In this document: piece by piece, positions 48,165-63,743 of the stretch
Numbering within the stretch: position 1 is the stretch's first letter
How the letters are laid out: the number at the start of each line of letters is the position of its first letter
Source of the DNA: Octopus sinensis
Lineage: Eukaryota
NCBI RefSeq assembly: GCF_006345805.1
Contig: NC_042997.1
Location: 183,582,001-183,646,000 of the forward strand
Direction of reading: 5' to 3'
Length of the DNA stretch: 64,000 nucleotides
Position numbers and translations under genes: made by a program
The notes under the pieces: model-generated
What the model saw: the letters and a program-made list of their open reading frames with translations, nothing else
Told to the model about the DNA's origin: nothing
The model's database searches: none

Positions 48165-48561
48165 CTCATACTTGTTTCAGTCATTTGACTGTGGCCATGC
48201 TGGAGCACCGCTTTTAGTCGAGCAAATCGACCCAGGACTTATTCTTTGGAAGCCTAGTACTTATTCTATCGGTCTCTTTTGCCGAACCGTTACGTTACGG
48301 GGACGTAAACACACCACCATCGGTTGTCAAGCGATGTTGGGGGACAAACACAGACACACAAACATATACACATACATATATGTATATATACATATATACG
48401 ACGGGCTTCTTTCAGTTTCCGTCAACCAAATCCACTCACAAGGCTTTGGTTGGCCCGAGGCTATAGCAGAAGACACTTGCCCAAGGTTCCACACAGTGAG
48501 AATGAACCCGGAACCATGTGGTTGGTAAGCAAGTTACTTACCACACAGTCACAACTGCGCC
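48165..48561 (-). mobile_element. SINE family B
   Basis: Reverse match. Confidence 0.88.
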
Positions 48562-49294
48562 TACTATTAAACTTTTTTTTATGTAGATATGAACTTCCTG
48601 AATGGCACACCAAACGAAAAATTGCCTTAAACTTTCTTAATAATGTGGTCCTGTTGATGATGAGTCATGTTTGATGCGGCCCGTTCCTCGGGAAATGTTG
48701 CCCGTGCCTGGACTAGAATCATTACTATTAGATGACATTGCGATATATCTAAAGCAACCATCTTAAACATAGACGAAAGATCGCTGAAAAATAACCATCA
48801 AAATAGTAAGTGCTAACCAACGAGCTATGAACAATTTGCAAATAACAGAAAATTCCAACTCCTAGGATTCTAAAATTGTACGCATGTGCATATCCATATA
48901 TACAAACACATATGGCTTCCTACTTTTTTTCTATCCTCTTTGCCTGTCTCTTATTACACGGAAGTTTTCAATTTTGACATACACACATATGTATGTATTC
49001 ATATACAAACTCACACGTATGTAATGGCCTTCGTCTACATATATACACATAAAATATAACTCACTTTCCTTACCCTCACTCACATTTTCTATTTATTGCT
49101 GACTCATAGAAAAATGCACGCACACACACACAGACACATACGCACACACATACACACGTATCTACACATACGCATACAGAGAGAGAGAAAGAGAGAGATT
49201 ATATACAAATCTACAGAAGTGTGTTTAGAAGAAGCTATGGCAATCTAATTGCGTGTTGAAATGTTAATACCAGAAACGGTTGTAAATCAACCAC

Positions 49295-49331
<37 letters not shown>

Positions 49332-49919
49332 ACACACACACACACACACGCACACACACACACACACACACACTCACACACACATGCACACACATACACA
49401 CACACACACACACGCACGCACACAGATGCTCGCACCCACACTCACACAGACGCACATACACACGCGCGCGCGCGCAAACATACACATACACACACACACT
49501 TACGCAAAATTTACCAATCCTTGACATTTTACATATATCAGTTTTAACTGGGAAATAATATCAACGCTCTTATGTAAGATAGTAAATATTTATCCAAGAC
49601 TAAGTAGAAGAAACTTCCCCTCAATAAATAACTGCTAGTTTTCGTTACTTGCTGTTTATAAATTTGTTGTATACTACATTCACTGGACATATAATTTTGT
49701 CAAGAAATTCAATCTTACGGTGACGTTTCCGCATAAAAGGAATTTCTTAATGATACAGTACCGGAACTCTTATACGGCTTCCAGAACTCCGGGAATACTG
49801 CAACATACTGTACTCCGTATTGAGTAAACAAACCCTATTTTTGAAGTTGGTTAATTAGCATACTGTGTGTTCTTTACCTTTTTCCGTAGATTGATAGAAA
49901 TTAAATAAGCTCTGCTTTT

Positions 49920-50310
49920 AAGGCGGCGAGGCGGCAGAAACGTTAGCACGCCGGTCGAAATGCGTAGCCGTTTTTCGTCTGCCGTTACGTTCTGAGTTCA
50001 AATTCCGCCGAGGTCGACTTTGCTTTCATCATTTCGGGGTCGAAAAATAAAGTACCAGTTACGCACTGGGGTCGATGTAATCAACTTAATCCGTTGAAGG
50101 CGGCGAGCTGGCAGAAACGTTAGCACGTCGGGCGAAATGCTTAGCTGTATTTCGTCTGCCGCTACGTTCTGAGATCAAATTCAGCCGAGGTCGACTTTGC
50201 CTTTCATCCTTTCGGGGTCGATAAATTAAGTACCGATGTAATCGACTTAATCCGTTTGTCTGTCCTTGTTTGTCCCCTCTGTGTTATCCCCTTGTGGGCA
50301 ATAAAGAAAT
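49920..50310 (+). mobile_element. SINE family A dimer
   Basis: Two heads in tandem; flanking AAATTAAATA..CTCTGCTTT direct repeats. Confidence 0.85.
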
Positions 50311-52384
50311 AAAAAATTAAATATACTCTGCTTTAGAAGCGTATAAATTTGTATTTGTATGTTAAATAAAATCGTACTTCTTACTTTTCATTTAATTAAA
50401 TAAAATCGTATTCATTGCTTTTCATTTAATTAGTAGAGTATGATATATATTTTAAGAATTCTAAGTGGATTAATAAATATGAAATAGACCCTGCTTTAGA
50501 AATGTTTCAATTTGTATCTATTAAATACTATTTAGTTCTTTACATTTGATATTTCATTTTATATTTTAAGCATATATTTAGGCTGTCTCAAGAAAACCGG
50601 AAAGTCTAGAAATCCGTGACACCATTGGTCCCAAGCTTGCCAAAAAATTGGTCAGGTACTGTATCTAAATAATTAAACCTATTATGATTTTTCTTCAAAC
50701 AACTAAACTGGCAGTTCATTTCAGGGGAAAATAATCTTGGGTTAAAATTTAATGTACAAGAGAAATGGTTTAATTGTCAGTGTTACTTCTAAAATGGCAG
50801 CGCTTTCGCAATGAATATGACAAGCAATTAAAAATGAAAGGTAGGTCAAAGCGCATAATTTCGAAGTAAGTTTTCCGTCTTCTCTCGTGTCGAACCAGTC
50901 TCTCTAAGACCACTTATTCAAATTCTTTCACGGTTATTGAGTAATATAAACCATAGCAACGATTTTAATATCATCTCACGTTATAGCGACAAGTGAAAAC
51001 AAGAATGGTAAGTGGTTGCGCACGAATATTTGTCTATTCTTAAAAGGTTTTGCCGCTGTTTTAAAATTTGCTTAAATAATATTGCGTCCGCAAAGATTGG
51101 AGCGTCTCTGGCAAGCAATTGCAAATGGAGGATAGGATAGTGAACGAAAGAATAAGAAAACATTTCTTACCTTCTGTAATTGAACGATGATCCCCTTGTG
51201 GAACATCGGGAGATATTTATTAAAATTCCTATAAATTCGCTTCAAGCTCTACTAAAATACGCATTTAAAAAGTAGCAATAAAATAACATGGAGAATCAAC
51301 TAACGAAAGATTTAGGCGAGCATTTTAGAAGATTAGTATTTTAAAATACTCAAAATTGCTTCAGCTCGAAAAGAAAATATATTATTTTCAACAAACTGGC
51401 ATTGCAAGCTAGCATTTAGGTTCTGCATTGTTAGATTCATATTCACTTTTCAAATACATTTACATGATTCATTTATTGTAATTCAATCTATGTAAAGTAA
51501 GAGTTGAGATTGTCTGGAGCATTTATGATGGGTTCGAAGCAATAATTAGGACGCTGCAATAAGCGAAAACAAGATGGGGCTTAAAGTTTTAGTACATTAT
51601 GATGTTAAGATTCATGTCATTCCTGAGTAGGGACTAAAATCCATCTCAAGTTTTTATATTGGGATATTAACAAAGCATATTAATGAAATAGTCGCCAATT
51701 CTAGAACTCTATAAGAGTGATCATAACTGTACTTATTTGCTGTATGACTAGTCGACTAGTTACACTCAACTGTCTTTGACGGAAACACTGTACTGCCGTT
51801 CTGGTTAAAGTATGTAAATCATCGACGTTTCAGACAGTAGACCAGCATTCCAATGACTGTCAACTAGGACTCTGCGTTAATATGTTTGCGTTTATTAAAC
51901 TCCTTTACATTGTGTTGGAGGAGGGAAAACATGGATGTTGTTTTTCATGGCAATTTTATTATATGCTAATTCTTAGCCCCGAAACAGAAATTCGTAAACA
52001 AACTGAAGGTTTTCCCCAACCATTTTATTAGAAATTGTAATATTTTAAAGTTTAAAATATTTTGTCAGATTCAAAAGCTCGGGCATAAATAAATTTTTTA
52101 AAATGAGATTATTCGACGTTTGACTTTTCGTTGAATTCATGTAAATTTTATAATTAAAATTTCATATAAACACTTGGTTAAAAACAAAAAGACCGAATGC
52201 TCATGCATCTTAAGTTAAAATCCGTAACAAACATTTCGTCATGTTTCTGGGCAAAGCATTTTATTCTATAGAGCTTTTGATCTCTAAACTGCTGAGAAGA
52301 GATACTATATTTTCTTGTAGGAATCAATATGACTGTTCATCACCCCCACCCATACACACACACGGACATCTCTATCTTTTTTTG

Positions 52385-52833
<449 letters not shown>

Positions 52834-53234
52834 ATGAAAAATCAAACAAATTATGTTTATTGTACCAGCGCAACTGGATAAATATATATAAAAAAAGATG
52901 TTTATAGACTTTTATAATCCTTTCTTTAGTAAATGCAATATTATTTTTACGTAAATATACTTTCTTTGGGTTTTTCATGTTCAGTTTGACAGGTAAAATT
53001 TCACGCTAAATTTAAAAACGGAAACGTTACAGGGAGAAAGTGAATAAACAAATATCCTAAACTGATTTAACACCTTTATCATTGTGGGTATAATATTCAA
53101 GACGGAAATAACATCCGTGAAATATATTTAGTGAGGAAACAGCTCATTGAACCAAATCGTACTTCTTCAAAATATCTGCAAACTGAAATAGCTTTTCTAA
53201 AGATAATACTAACCTACCATCAGTAGTAGTAGTG

Positions 53235-53292
<58 letters not shown>

Positions 53293-54258
53293 ATTATTTC
53301 AGTGATCTTTTCCAAAGAAAATACAACGTCATGTAAGTAAGAAATTACCATGTTTTACAATATCGGTTCTATTTCACTACAAAGAAAAAGTAGCGTAGGT
53401 GCATCTTGATAACGCTGATAAACTACATACTTCGCTCGCGAAATAAATAAATAAATAGATAAATAAATAAATAAGAGCAATCGTCAGATGCCTGTCTATT
53501 CTACTTGGCTTATTACATAATAACTATTCAAAATAAATATTGTTCATCAATAGGTGGTTAGCTTTATAGACATCATTTAAAGAGGAAATGTGAGCTCGGA
53601 AATAGCTGCGCAACTTTTGAAAAGTGCATAATAATATTTTGTTTCCATCTGACAAAAACATCAAGTCGTAGTTTGCCAACCGAGATTATTTCAGTCTACT
53701 TAATGCTGAGATATTTTATATACCTTGGTCCTAGCTAATTAACTATATTACGACGTATGTCATGTGTTGCTAAGTACATAGGGTGAAAAGAGCAAGTGTT
53801 TCGTATATTTAACGAGAGTTTAGTTAGTATTAAGTTTCTTTTGATCTACGGGGAATGCTTCTTTTGAGCTAATACGAGTATTTTGCCCGCGTCATGACAT
53901 TATTTCGGTCAGCTCTTTCACTAGAACAACAAAATGGTTTCGATAAATATTAATCTGGTAGAAGTTGAGTTAATTTCAAATCTGTGAACAACAGAAAATA
54001 TCGATTAAAAGAAAAGGAACAGGGTGTGTAGATAGCAAAAAATATGTTAGATTAGTGGAAGCACAATGACCAATATATATAATTAGCATTAGGGTCAAGG
54101 CGACAGCAAATTGCTACCGAAATCTTATCGCAAATTGGAACACGAGTGCTTGCAAAGAAAGACTGAGTCTAATAATATCAGAAGTATGAAAATATATCAA
54201 ATGAGCATTGAACATATCAACAATTAACGCTGTTCAATGAAGATAAATATTTTCACAC

Positions 54259-54304
<46 letters not shown>

Positions 54305-54314
54305 CTTATATACG

Positions 54315-54346
<32 letters not shown>

Positions 54347-54558
54347 AGCTAATATCGAATAGTGACATAATGTCCTTATAAGTTACCTCTCATGACACGA
54401 TGTATACTTAGTTATTTAGTTATTTCGAAATCCGTTACAGTCTGCTGTAACGTCGTACATTTTTATTCAAAATGGAGGCGAGTACCAACATTCCCACGTG
54501 GTACGTTTGGACAGTTGTTAAGAATCTCTTCACACGAACCGATTGGTAGCCTTGTCAA

Positions 54559-54877
<319 letters not shown>

Positions 54878-55548
54878 GCGATGTGTCATGGGATGTGTGA
54901 AGTCACCGTTGCTGAGCTTGTTGCTTCGGAAAGAGATAACAAAGATGTCATACTGTGCCTGCAGGTCGACATTAGCTCTGTCCTTTTGTTTTTCATTTCT
55001 GTTGGGTGGTTTATGGTGTGAAATTATATCTCTGCCCACGGAAGGCCATGCGATATCTGTTGATTCACCACTGTTTTACAAAGTGTGTTTCAAGAACGAT
55101 AAAGTATCTTTTTTTTTTTAATGATTATCTTTGAAAGAAAGTGTATACTAGCATAGCCAGCGTTTTTTTTTAATGCATATTACACTTTATGATATACTTT
55201 TTAGTAACTGCGTCATGATTAGTAAGAATAGGTAAGTATTAAGTTTTAATTATTAAATCCTTATAAATAAACATACGACTTGATCGATTAAGTAAAGGTA
55301 AACAAATAACAGCATAGAAGAGACATATTAGACATTGAAAAACATACAAAGACTATTAACTTAACTTAAACACCAAATAATAAACGTTTAAGTTATGTAA
55401 CAGTGTTCGTATGTTCCACCCTGTAATTGCTTTAGTTTCAACACATGGTCACAGATCAAATCACTTGCCAGAGAAATAAATCTCCGAAATAAGTAAAGAT
55501 ATTTCCTGTATGGTACAAATGTTTTCTGATACTAACTTCTAGCCCCAT

Positions 55549-55549
<1 letters not shown>

Positions 55550-55629
<80 letters not shown>

Positions 55630-55737
55630 CACCCACCCATCCATCCAGCCATCCATCCATCCATCCATCCATCCATCCATCTATCCGTCCATCTGTCTAT
55701 CCGTCTATCTGTCTGTCCGTCCGTCCGTCCGTCTCTC

Positions 55738-55792
<55 letters not shown>

Positions 55793-55830
55793 ATCTATCT
55801 ATCTATCTACCTATCTTCCTATCTATCACT
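55550..55830. repeat. Compound (TATC)n/(CATC)n/(GTCC)n microsatellite
   Basis: Direct reading. Confidence 0.95.
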
Positions 55831-56422
55831 ACACTCACACGCGTATAACATTTAATATCAATAATATGTATAACATATCTGTGTGTAATATATATATATT
55901 TATATATGAGTATGTGTGTGTGAGTGTGTGTGCGTGCGTGCGCGTACGTGTAACATTTTTGCCTCATTTGCATGTCATTTTCCTTTGCCTTCCGTTTCCA
56001 TCTCGTCGATATTTCATTTCTTCTCTTTATTTATTAATCATTTATTTATTCAGTGAGTGAAAGCTTGAATGCAATTAGAAGTTTGTATTCTGTATTGTAT
56101 TTATGAAAAGGTTTTTCTTTTTTTTTTTCACATCAAATGTACTAAACTTCAATACAAAGCGTTCAATAGAAGTAACACGGTCAAGTAATTGTATTGCAAA
56201 ACATGTTGCTTTTTATTTCTAGCAAGCTAAATCTCGCTAGCTTTAATGAAATTTACTAGTGAAACACATACATAAACACACACACACACACACACACAAC
56301 ACACATACACACGTTATCTTTTGAACTTTTGCTACCGACATTGCTCCTTAGTACTATACTTGTAACCATTTCCAATTATTAGTCGTACGTTTAATTTATT
56401 TTAGTAGACATATTTCGAGCAA

Positions 56423-56471
<49 letters not shown>

Positions 56472-57759
56472 GCTGTTGTTGTTGTTGTTGTTATTAAATA
56501 TCTGCTGTTATTCGGTACGCAGATAATATGTTAGTGCCAAAAAACTGTTTGAGGGATTGAGTTTCTACCCAACTTGTTAGTTTTCTTATCTACTGGAACT
56601 TTTTTAAAATGGCTGTTGGGAATAAATTGAGATCACACTTCAGATTTTAGACTTTAACTGGTTAAAACAACTTTAATAAATGAGGGCTTTGAGTTCGTAG
56701 AAGCAAAAAAAATAAAATAGAATAAATAAATATTTAACAACTAGATGTCGTAATTTATTTTTAAAAAATAGTACTATGTCATAGTCTAATTTAATTAGCA
56801 GATACCAGTCTGTCGATAAATTAAGCAATAAAACCTATTTATTTTTAAACAAAATAGAAGTTTGTAAGTATTTTAAATCTAATTATGTTTATATAAACAA
56901 TTTGCTAAGTTTCCAACCTGAAACTGCTCTTGGTTCTATGATACAAACTTCGTGTTTTAAAGTAATCTAAATTAAAACCTGCCATCAAAATTTCATGTTT
57001 ATCTATGTTCCAAACCAGCATTAAGTTATTATACTAAATTCTTCAATATTTTCATAATTAATCTAAACAAAACTAGTGCTTTTCAACAATAAATATGGTA
57101 ACAAAAGGGTTTAAAACAATGATAGTACATATGTCTTAAACGTTTACAAAATAAGCAAGTTTATAATCTAATATTCGTAACTTAAGGTCCTAAACTGTTA
57201 TCTTTCATTGATAAATCTATAAGCCCTAGAGCTTTTAAATATTTAGATAACTTGATAACTTTTTATATATTTAATTTTAATGAAAGATATTTAAACTTAG
57301 CATTAAAGGATACGATTTACTTTATGAGCTAAAGAAGAAGCTTCGATATTGTCACTTAACCTAAAAGCAATCTTCCGAAAATCACGCCTATAAAATTTCC
57401 TTCGGTCATGGCTGACCTACAGCTAAACAACGGTGGTTTAACGATTTATTCTATCAAAAGAGCTACCAGCCATGATCTAAGAAAATATGGGGAAGAGTAG
57501 TGCGAATGGTGCCAGTAGGAAAAATACTTAAAGATACACTTTCTCTTGCATGGTGGGGCTTTGGTCAGCTTTGGAACGTTTGAATAATGACTTGCATATT
57601 TTGATTGATTAATTTCTGAAATGAAATAATAATGTCAGTATAGATAGCGGGTTAAATTTTGCTTCTGATGCCGTTTTCCATTTCTTATATGGTTTGAGAA
57701 AATTCAATTTTAAAATAATATGTTTTTACATAAATTAATCTCAATGCACTCAGTGGATG

Positions 57760-58011
57760 TGGAAGCGTAATGGCCGAGTGGTTAGGGTAGCGGACTGGCG
57801 GTCGGAGGATCGCGGTTTCGATTCCCAGACCGGGCGTTGTGTGTGTTTATTGGGCGAAAACACCTAAAAGCTCCACGAATCTCTGGTAGGGGTTGGCGGC
57901 GACTCTTTTGTACTCTTTCGCCACAACTTTCTTCACTCTTTCTTCTTGAGTAACAACCGGGAAACCGGGCCCATGGGCCAGGCTAGCTGTGAAAAGGGCG
58001 ACGTTTATCGT
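57760..58011 (+). mobile_element. tRNA-derived SINE family D
   Basis: TSD ACTCAGTGGATG at 57748-57759 and 58012-58023. Confidence 0.88.
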
Positions 58012-58022
58012 ACTCAGTGGAT

Positions 58023-58336
58023 GGAAGGCGCGTGACTTAGTGGTTAGGATATTCAGCTCACGATCGCAAGGTCGTGAGTTCAATTCCCGGCGACGCGTTG
58101 TGTCCTTGAGCAAAACACTTTATTTCACGTTGCTCCAGTCCACTCAGCTGTCAAAAAAAATGAGTAGTACCTGTATTTCAAAGGGCCAGCCTTGTCACGC
58201 TGAATCTTCCTGATAACAACGTTAAGGGTACATGTATCTATCGAGTGCTCAGTCACATGCACGTTAATTTCACGAGCAGGCTGTTCCGTTGATCGGATCA
58301 ACTGGAACCCTCGTCGTTGTGACCGACGGAGTGCCA
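58023..58336 (+). mobile_element. tRNA-derived SINE (related family)
   Basis: A and B boxes; body related to 62537-62860. Confidence 0.8.
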
Positions 58337-58819
58337 CTCGGTTGATGATGACTTTAAAATGAGGTAAAGTGATATTTTCAGTCTGTTTGACTTCTTGGCG
58401 CAATCTGGATCAAATATAATTTTATTGGCGCACTTAACAACAGAGTTTTAAAGCTTTAAAATTTTGAAAATATATATATATATATTGCTTACTTTGTTTT
58501 ATAAATATATTTGGGTTTAACAGTTTTATGAATAACGCATATTTCGTGACACGGCCAAGCAAATAATAGTGTTTGAAAACCGCTGAGTTAAAGACACAAT
58601 AAAAAGAAAAAAAGAAAATTCCTCGGCAAGTGTTAAGGAAATGTCTTGGAAAACATAAGGAATTGAGCCATTAGTCCATTAGAAGACTCTTTATGTTTAA
58701 AAATCGCTCTGATTCTTCTTCAAGTAATCTTCAAATATAAACTGCATAATTAATGGCATAAAATAATTAGAAACAAATCATTTACGTTGGACCTGTACAC
58801 TTCCGAACTGGCAAAGATT

Positions 58820-59210
58820 GTGGCCATGCTGGGACATCGCCTTGAAGAATTTTAGCCGAACGAATCGATCCCAGTACTTATTTTTTAAAGCTGCGTATTT
58901 ATTCTATTGGTTTCTTTTGCTGAGCCGTTAAGTTATGGGGACGTAAACGCACCAACACTGGTTGTCAAACGGCGGTGGAGGACAGAGACACAAAGATACG
59001 CACTCACACTCACACACACACCACACACACTCACACACATACACACATACATACACATATATACGACGGACTTCTTTCAGTTTCTATCTACCACATCTAC
59101 TCGCAGGACTTTGGTCGGCCCAAAGCTACATTAGAAGCCTCTTGCCCAAGGTACCACGTAGTGGTACTGAACCTGGACTGATGTGATTGAGAAGCAAACT
59201 TCTGATCACA
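58820..59210 (-). mobile_element. SINE family B, diverged
   Basis: Reverse match. Confidence 0.75.
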
Positions 59211-60157
59211 AAGTTACGTCAGTCCACTCTACCCGAGTCAACGATAGATCCTCTAATCGGCGGTACACTGGACTATGTAATTTTAGATACACTGAGTCCA
59301 AATAAAAGCTGGGATTATCTCAGCTGGAACTGTTTTATAACAGGTGTGATCGATCAGACCCGACTTGGAAGTAAACAGCACCAGAGGTTTTTCTCTCCTT
59401 GCACCGTTATTTTAGATGGACTATCTCTTACTTTTCTGATAAATATCATTTCAAATCGGATATCAAACAAAAAGTCCCAAAATGGCGCATAGAAGTATTA
59501 TCTACTAATAAATGTGAATGCTAAGTTTTTTATTATCTCACTTTAACGAATTTCTTTCTATTTGCATAAACAATAATGCTTTGCATAAAACACTAGTTTA
59601 ATTTTTTTTCGTTATTTGAGAAGAGCTACATCTCTTTCAATAAAAAGTTTTATAACTTGCTTCCAATGCATTTTGGAACCCGTGGTGTTTTTGTCTAATC
59701 AGGTCCTTACACACTTTACTCACATGCAAAGAGTTTCAGTCAACAAGTATTTGTGTATGTGTGAGATAAAATAAATCACGCATTCTTGGGCAACATTACA
59801 TCCTACTATACTATACCAGATAGCAGCATTTCTTTTAAATTAGTCCATGGGAAGATGATAAAGTTTTGGTAACTCTGGTGCATCTGTCTTCGGCGTCTAG
59901 CAAAATGAAAGCTGATAACCTGTTTATTCCACATACAGATGAAATAAGAAATAGAATTAAACATGAAACGTCTGTATTTTCAACTTGACTATTTTGAAAT
60001 CTATAAATCCGAGGCCATTTGCCGAATCTGATATTTACAACTAAGAATAGTTTAGCAAATTATTTCTCGACTCTTCCAACGTCTAAAACTGGATGTTACT
60101 GTATAAGGACGAAAAGGTAGATGATAGGTAGACAGATATATAGTGAGTGATATAGCG

Positions 60158-60159
<2 letters not shown>

Positions 60160-60242
<83 letters not shown>

Positions 60243-60245
60243 GTA

Positions 60246-60281
<36 letters not shown>

Positions 60282-60460
60282 TGTATGTATGTATGTATGC
60301 ATGCACGCATGCATGTACGTATGTATATATCTATATATATATATATATATTTGTATGCATATGTTTATGTGTGTGTATATATATATATACACACACACAT
60401 ACATAGTATATTTGATATATGTAATGTGTAAGTATATGTGTGTGTACATGCGTGTGAGTG
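60160..60460. repeat. Compound (TA)n/(TATG)n microsatellite
   Basis: Direct reading. Confidence 0.92.
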
Positions 60461-60648
60461 TGTATTTGTCTTTAGCCTCAGTTCAACTTTAATTGGGCGG
60501 ATCTTTCTCAAATTCAGTTTTAGCCATTGTATACGCCAGAGTACATTATCCAATGTGTCCTTTTTTTTAAATGGCCGGCTGTGGTTTCAGAGAATCTTGG
60601 CTGTAATTTCTAGCAGGTGGAACGAAAGACCATTGGATGCACCCTTAT

Positions 60649-60679
<31 letters not shown>

Positions 60680-60758
60680 TTTGTGAACGGTTGGTAATAT
60701 TTTATGTCCCAAGCAAGAATATCACTTTCGAAGATAGGGTCAGGAGGTATATTGTAGA

Positions 60759-60959
60759 AGGCGGCGAGCTGGCAGAAACGTTAGCACGCCGGGCGGAATG
60801 CTTAGCAGTATTTCGTCTGCCGCTACGTTCTGAGTTCAAATTCCGCCGAGGTCAACTTTGCTCTTCATCCTTTCGGGGTCGATATAATCGACTTAATCCG
60901 TTTGTCTGTCCTTGTTTGTCTTCTCTGTTTTTAGCCCTTTTTGTGGGTAGTAAACAAAT
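60759..60959 (+). mobile_element. SINE family A
   Basis: TSD AGGTATATTGTAGAA at 60745-60759 and 60960-60974. Confidence 0.9.
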
Positions 60960-61009
60960 AGGTATATTGTAGAATAAGGGTGAGAGACTAAGATGAACTT
61001 CAGGCTAAA

Positions 61010-62016
61010 ATTATAGCAAAGGAGCAAAAATATAGGCATCTCGTCTCAAAACTTCCGATGGAAACGTTCTCATTGCTCAAAGTAAGAGTGGAGACAGTAC
61101 AGCTTTATGCTCATATTTGCTCCCAACTTTTGAAAGTTCTCAAGCATGTTGTAAACTATTTCGGCATGGTTGGATGCTTTCTTGCTGCCCAGAAATCATT
61201 TACAACCGTTACAAAGAAATTTCATGCTGCTGTTTCAATGCAAATTCGTTGAATTTACAAAATTCCCTTCTTTCATCAATTTTCTCATTTGAGGCCCATT
61301 CCTTCTTTTATCTTTTCACTGTTCAGGCTGGGAATGTGCAGCAGATATAGTGAAAGTATGATCCATCTTTATCCATATTGCTAACAAACTGCTTCATAAT
61401 GCCAAGTTTGATATGGAGTGGAAGTAAGATGATTTTTCCCAAATGAACTAAAGGCTCTTCACCCACATTAAAAAAAAACCTGGAACTAATGTTCGCTGCG
61501 GTCATTCTTTGATCACCCATTGTTTTTCCCTTGCTCTGCTGTCATACATCAAAAGCATGGATATTTACTTCATTCACTTTGATGCCCTACGAGAAAATTG
61601 ACCATCTTAAAGTTCCACGCATATTACCCACTGATAAGGCGGCGAGCTGGCAGAAACATTAGCACGCCGGGCAAAATGCGTGGCCGTATTTCGTCTGCCG
61701 TTACGTTCTAGGTTCAAATTCCGCCGAGGTCGACTTTGCCTTTCATCCTTTCGGGGTCGATTAAATAAGTACCAGTTACGCACTGGGGTCGATGTAATCA
61801 ACTTAATCCGTTTGTCTGTCCTTGTTTGTCCCCTCTGTGTTTAGCCCCTTGTGGGTAGTAAAGAAATATATTACCCACTGATGATGGTGGTGAGGAGGTT
61901 CATCAAAAATCTAGACGTGATGGTAAAAAATGGATTTCATTTTTGGATTCAACATATGAAAAAAATCTTCAAATTAGGTAAAAACATCCAGACAACAAAA
62001 TTCCTGTTGAGCTGTG
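61010..62016 (-). mobile_element. Degraded, internally deleted Chapaev3-like (CMC) transposon, interrupted by a SINE
   Basis: Minus frames give HQWVICV, KMVNFLVG, KYPCF, LLPLHIKLGIMKQFV, GPQMRKL, FLGSKKASN and LGANMSIKL..LHSY. CACAG terminus near 62016. The family label comes from recalled motif similarity. Confidence 0.7.
61636..61867 (+). mobile_element. SINE family A inserted in the Chapaev3-like relic
   Basis: 15-bp TSD ATATTACCCACTGAT at 61621-61635 and 61868-61882. Confidence 0.92.
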
Positions 62017-62269
62017 TTATATTATGTAACTAACTTTTTGTGCACATTTTCTTTTCTTTTGTGCACTGTTCGCAAAAGCGTTTGTATGTGCACACATGCA
62101 TCGTTTAAAGGTGTTATTTTTCGCATTTACATCTGTCCAATTTTGTTGCCTACAATTACCGGGGAGTTCTGGTTGTAGAGTCCCCAGGTACCTCCTCCAT
62201 AGTGTTCTATTAGAAATGAAGCATCATTAAACTTTCTTGCTAGATTCTCAGGCATGACCAACTAAGGTT

Positions 62270-62470
62270 ACCGATATTATCCAACCATCTCTCTCGTGGT
62301 CTATTTTAAGTCTGCTGTCGGTCGGCTCGGCTCCAAGAATCTGTCTTGTGATCCTTTCCCGTGGCATTCTAATCACATGTCCGTAATACCAGAACTGTGA
62401 CCGCTCAATACGAAAAAACTAGCGTAGTGACCCGGAGAGGCTTCTTGATCTCCGAGTTACGCACCATGTC
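62270..62470 (-). mobile_element. RTE LINE C-terminal relic
   Basis: IERSQFWYYGHVIRMPRERITRQIL motif, typical of the post-RT region of RTE elements. Confidence 0.55.
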
Positions 62471-62536
62471 GCATTTATATATTTTCAAAAAACAAAACAT
62501 CTCATATTCATAGAATGCGATTATATATACATATTA

Positions 62537-62860
62537 CCGGGGCGCATGGCTCAGTGGTTAGAGCGTCGAGCTTACGATCGTGAGGTTGTGAGCTCGAATC
62601 CCGGACCGGGCTGCGTGTTGTGTTCTTGAGCAAGGCTCTTTATTTCACGTTGCTCCAGTTCACTCAGCTGTAGAAGTGAGTTGCGACGTCACTAGTGCCA
62701 AGCTGTATCGACCTTTGTCTTTCCCTTGGATAACACTGGTATGCATGGGCGACTGCTGGTCTTCCATAAACAACCTTGCCTGGACTTGTGTCTAGGAGGG
62801 TAACTTTCTAGGTGCAATCCCATGGTCATTCATGACCGAAGGGGGTCTTTACCCTTTACA
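62537..62860 (+). mobile_element. tRNA-derived SINE (Arg-like head, GCTTACGATC)
   Basis: TGGCTCAGTGG A box, GAGCTCGAATCC B box and a (CTTTAC)n-like tail. Confidence 0.8.
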
Positions 62861-63678
62861 GGTTCTTTCTTACAAGCTAACGGGGGAGATTCTAAACGAT
62901 TCTTGACTTGCTAGAAATAACAATTCAAATATCTTTGAAATCACACCACACCGTCTTAAAACTGATACAGAATGTTAAGAAAAAACAGTAGTCACTACTT
63001 AGATATCTTTCGACATTCGCTTGCTGCATTAAGATTGGTGATGGATTAAAATAACAGCTGGGGCCAAACTATTGTTATGAGTATACACTGGATAATATAT
63101 TCTCATATACGGGATGGCCATAACTGGAACGCCTTTCATCATCGTTTTGCTCAATCAAGACTGACTTGAGGCTAAACAGCAATATCTTCTTAGCCATTGG
63201 CTTTTGTATTGTCTTTGTATTTTTTCAAATATGAAAATGATTTTTAAAAACTAATATTACTATTAACGATTGATTAATGAATGAAGGGAAAAAATTAAAT
63301 TAAAGCATATATGTTTTTAGTACAATTTAATTAATTGTTTTAAAACGATTCTTCGTATTTCATTAGTACATTCTTTGATCTTCATGTTTTTCATTATGGA
63401 GAGATTCGTTAGGTTTCGATGTGTTCATTAGCAAATTTTGACATTAGCTAATTTCGTGGTTACCAAGATAACTGAAATTACGAGTAGAAGATTAATAAAT
63501 ATCTGTGTTCATTCTTCTTAAAATTTCTTACTGTCTTTAAGTTCATCTCACGTCACTGCTTTCAAAACTTCTAAACACGCATATATGTGCTTTCACAGAA
63601 CTTACGTTCATACACACACACACACATACATACATACATACATACATACATACATACATACATACATACATACATACA

Positions 63679-63711
<33 letters not shown>

Positions 63712-63743
63712 CAGCCGCATATGTACGTAAATATATATATATA

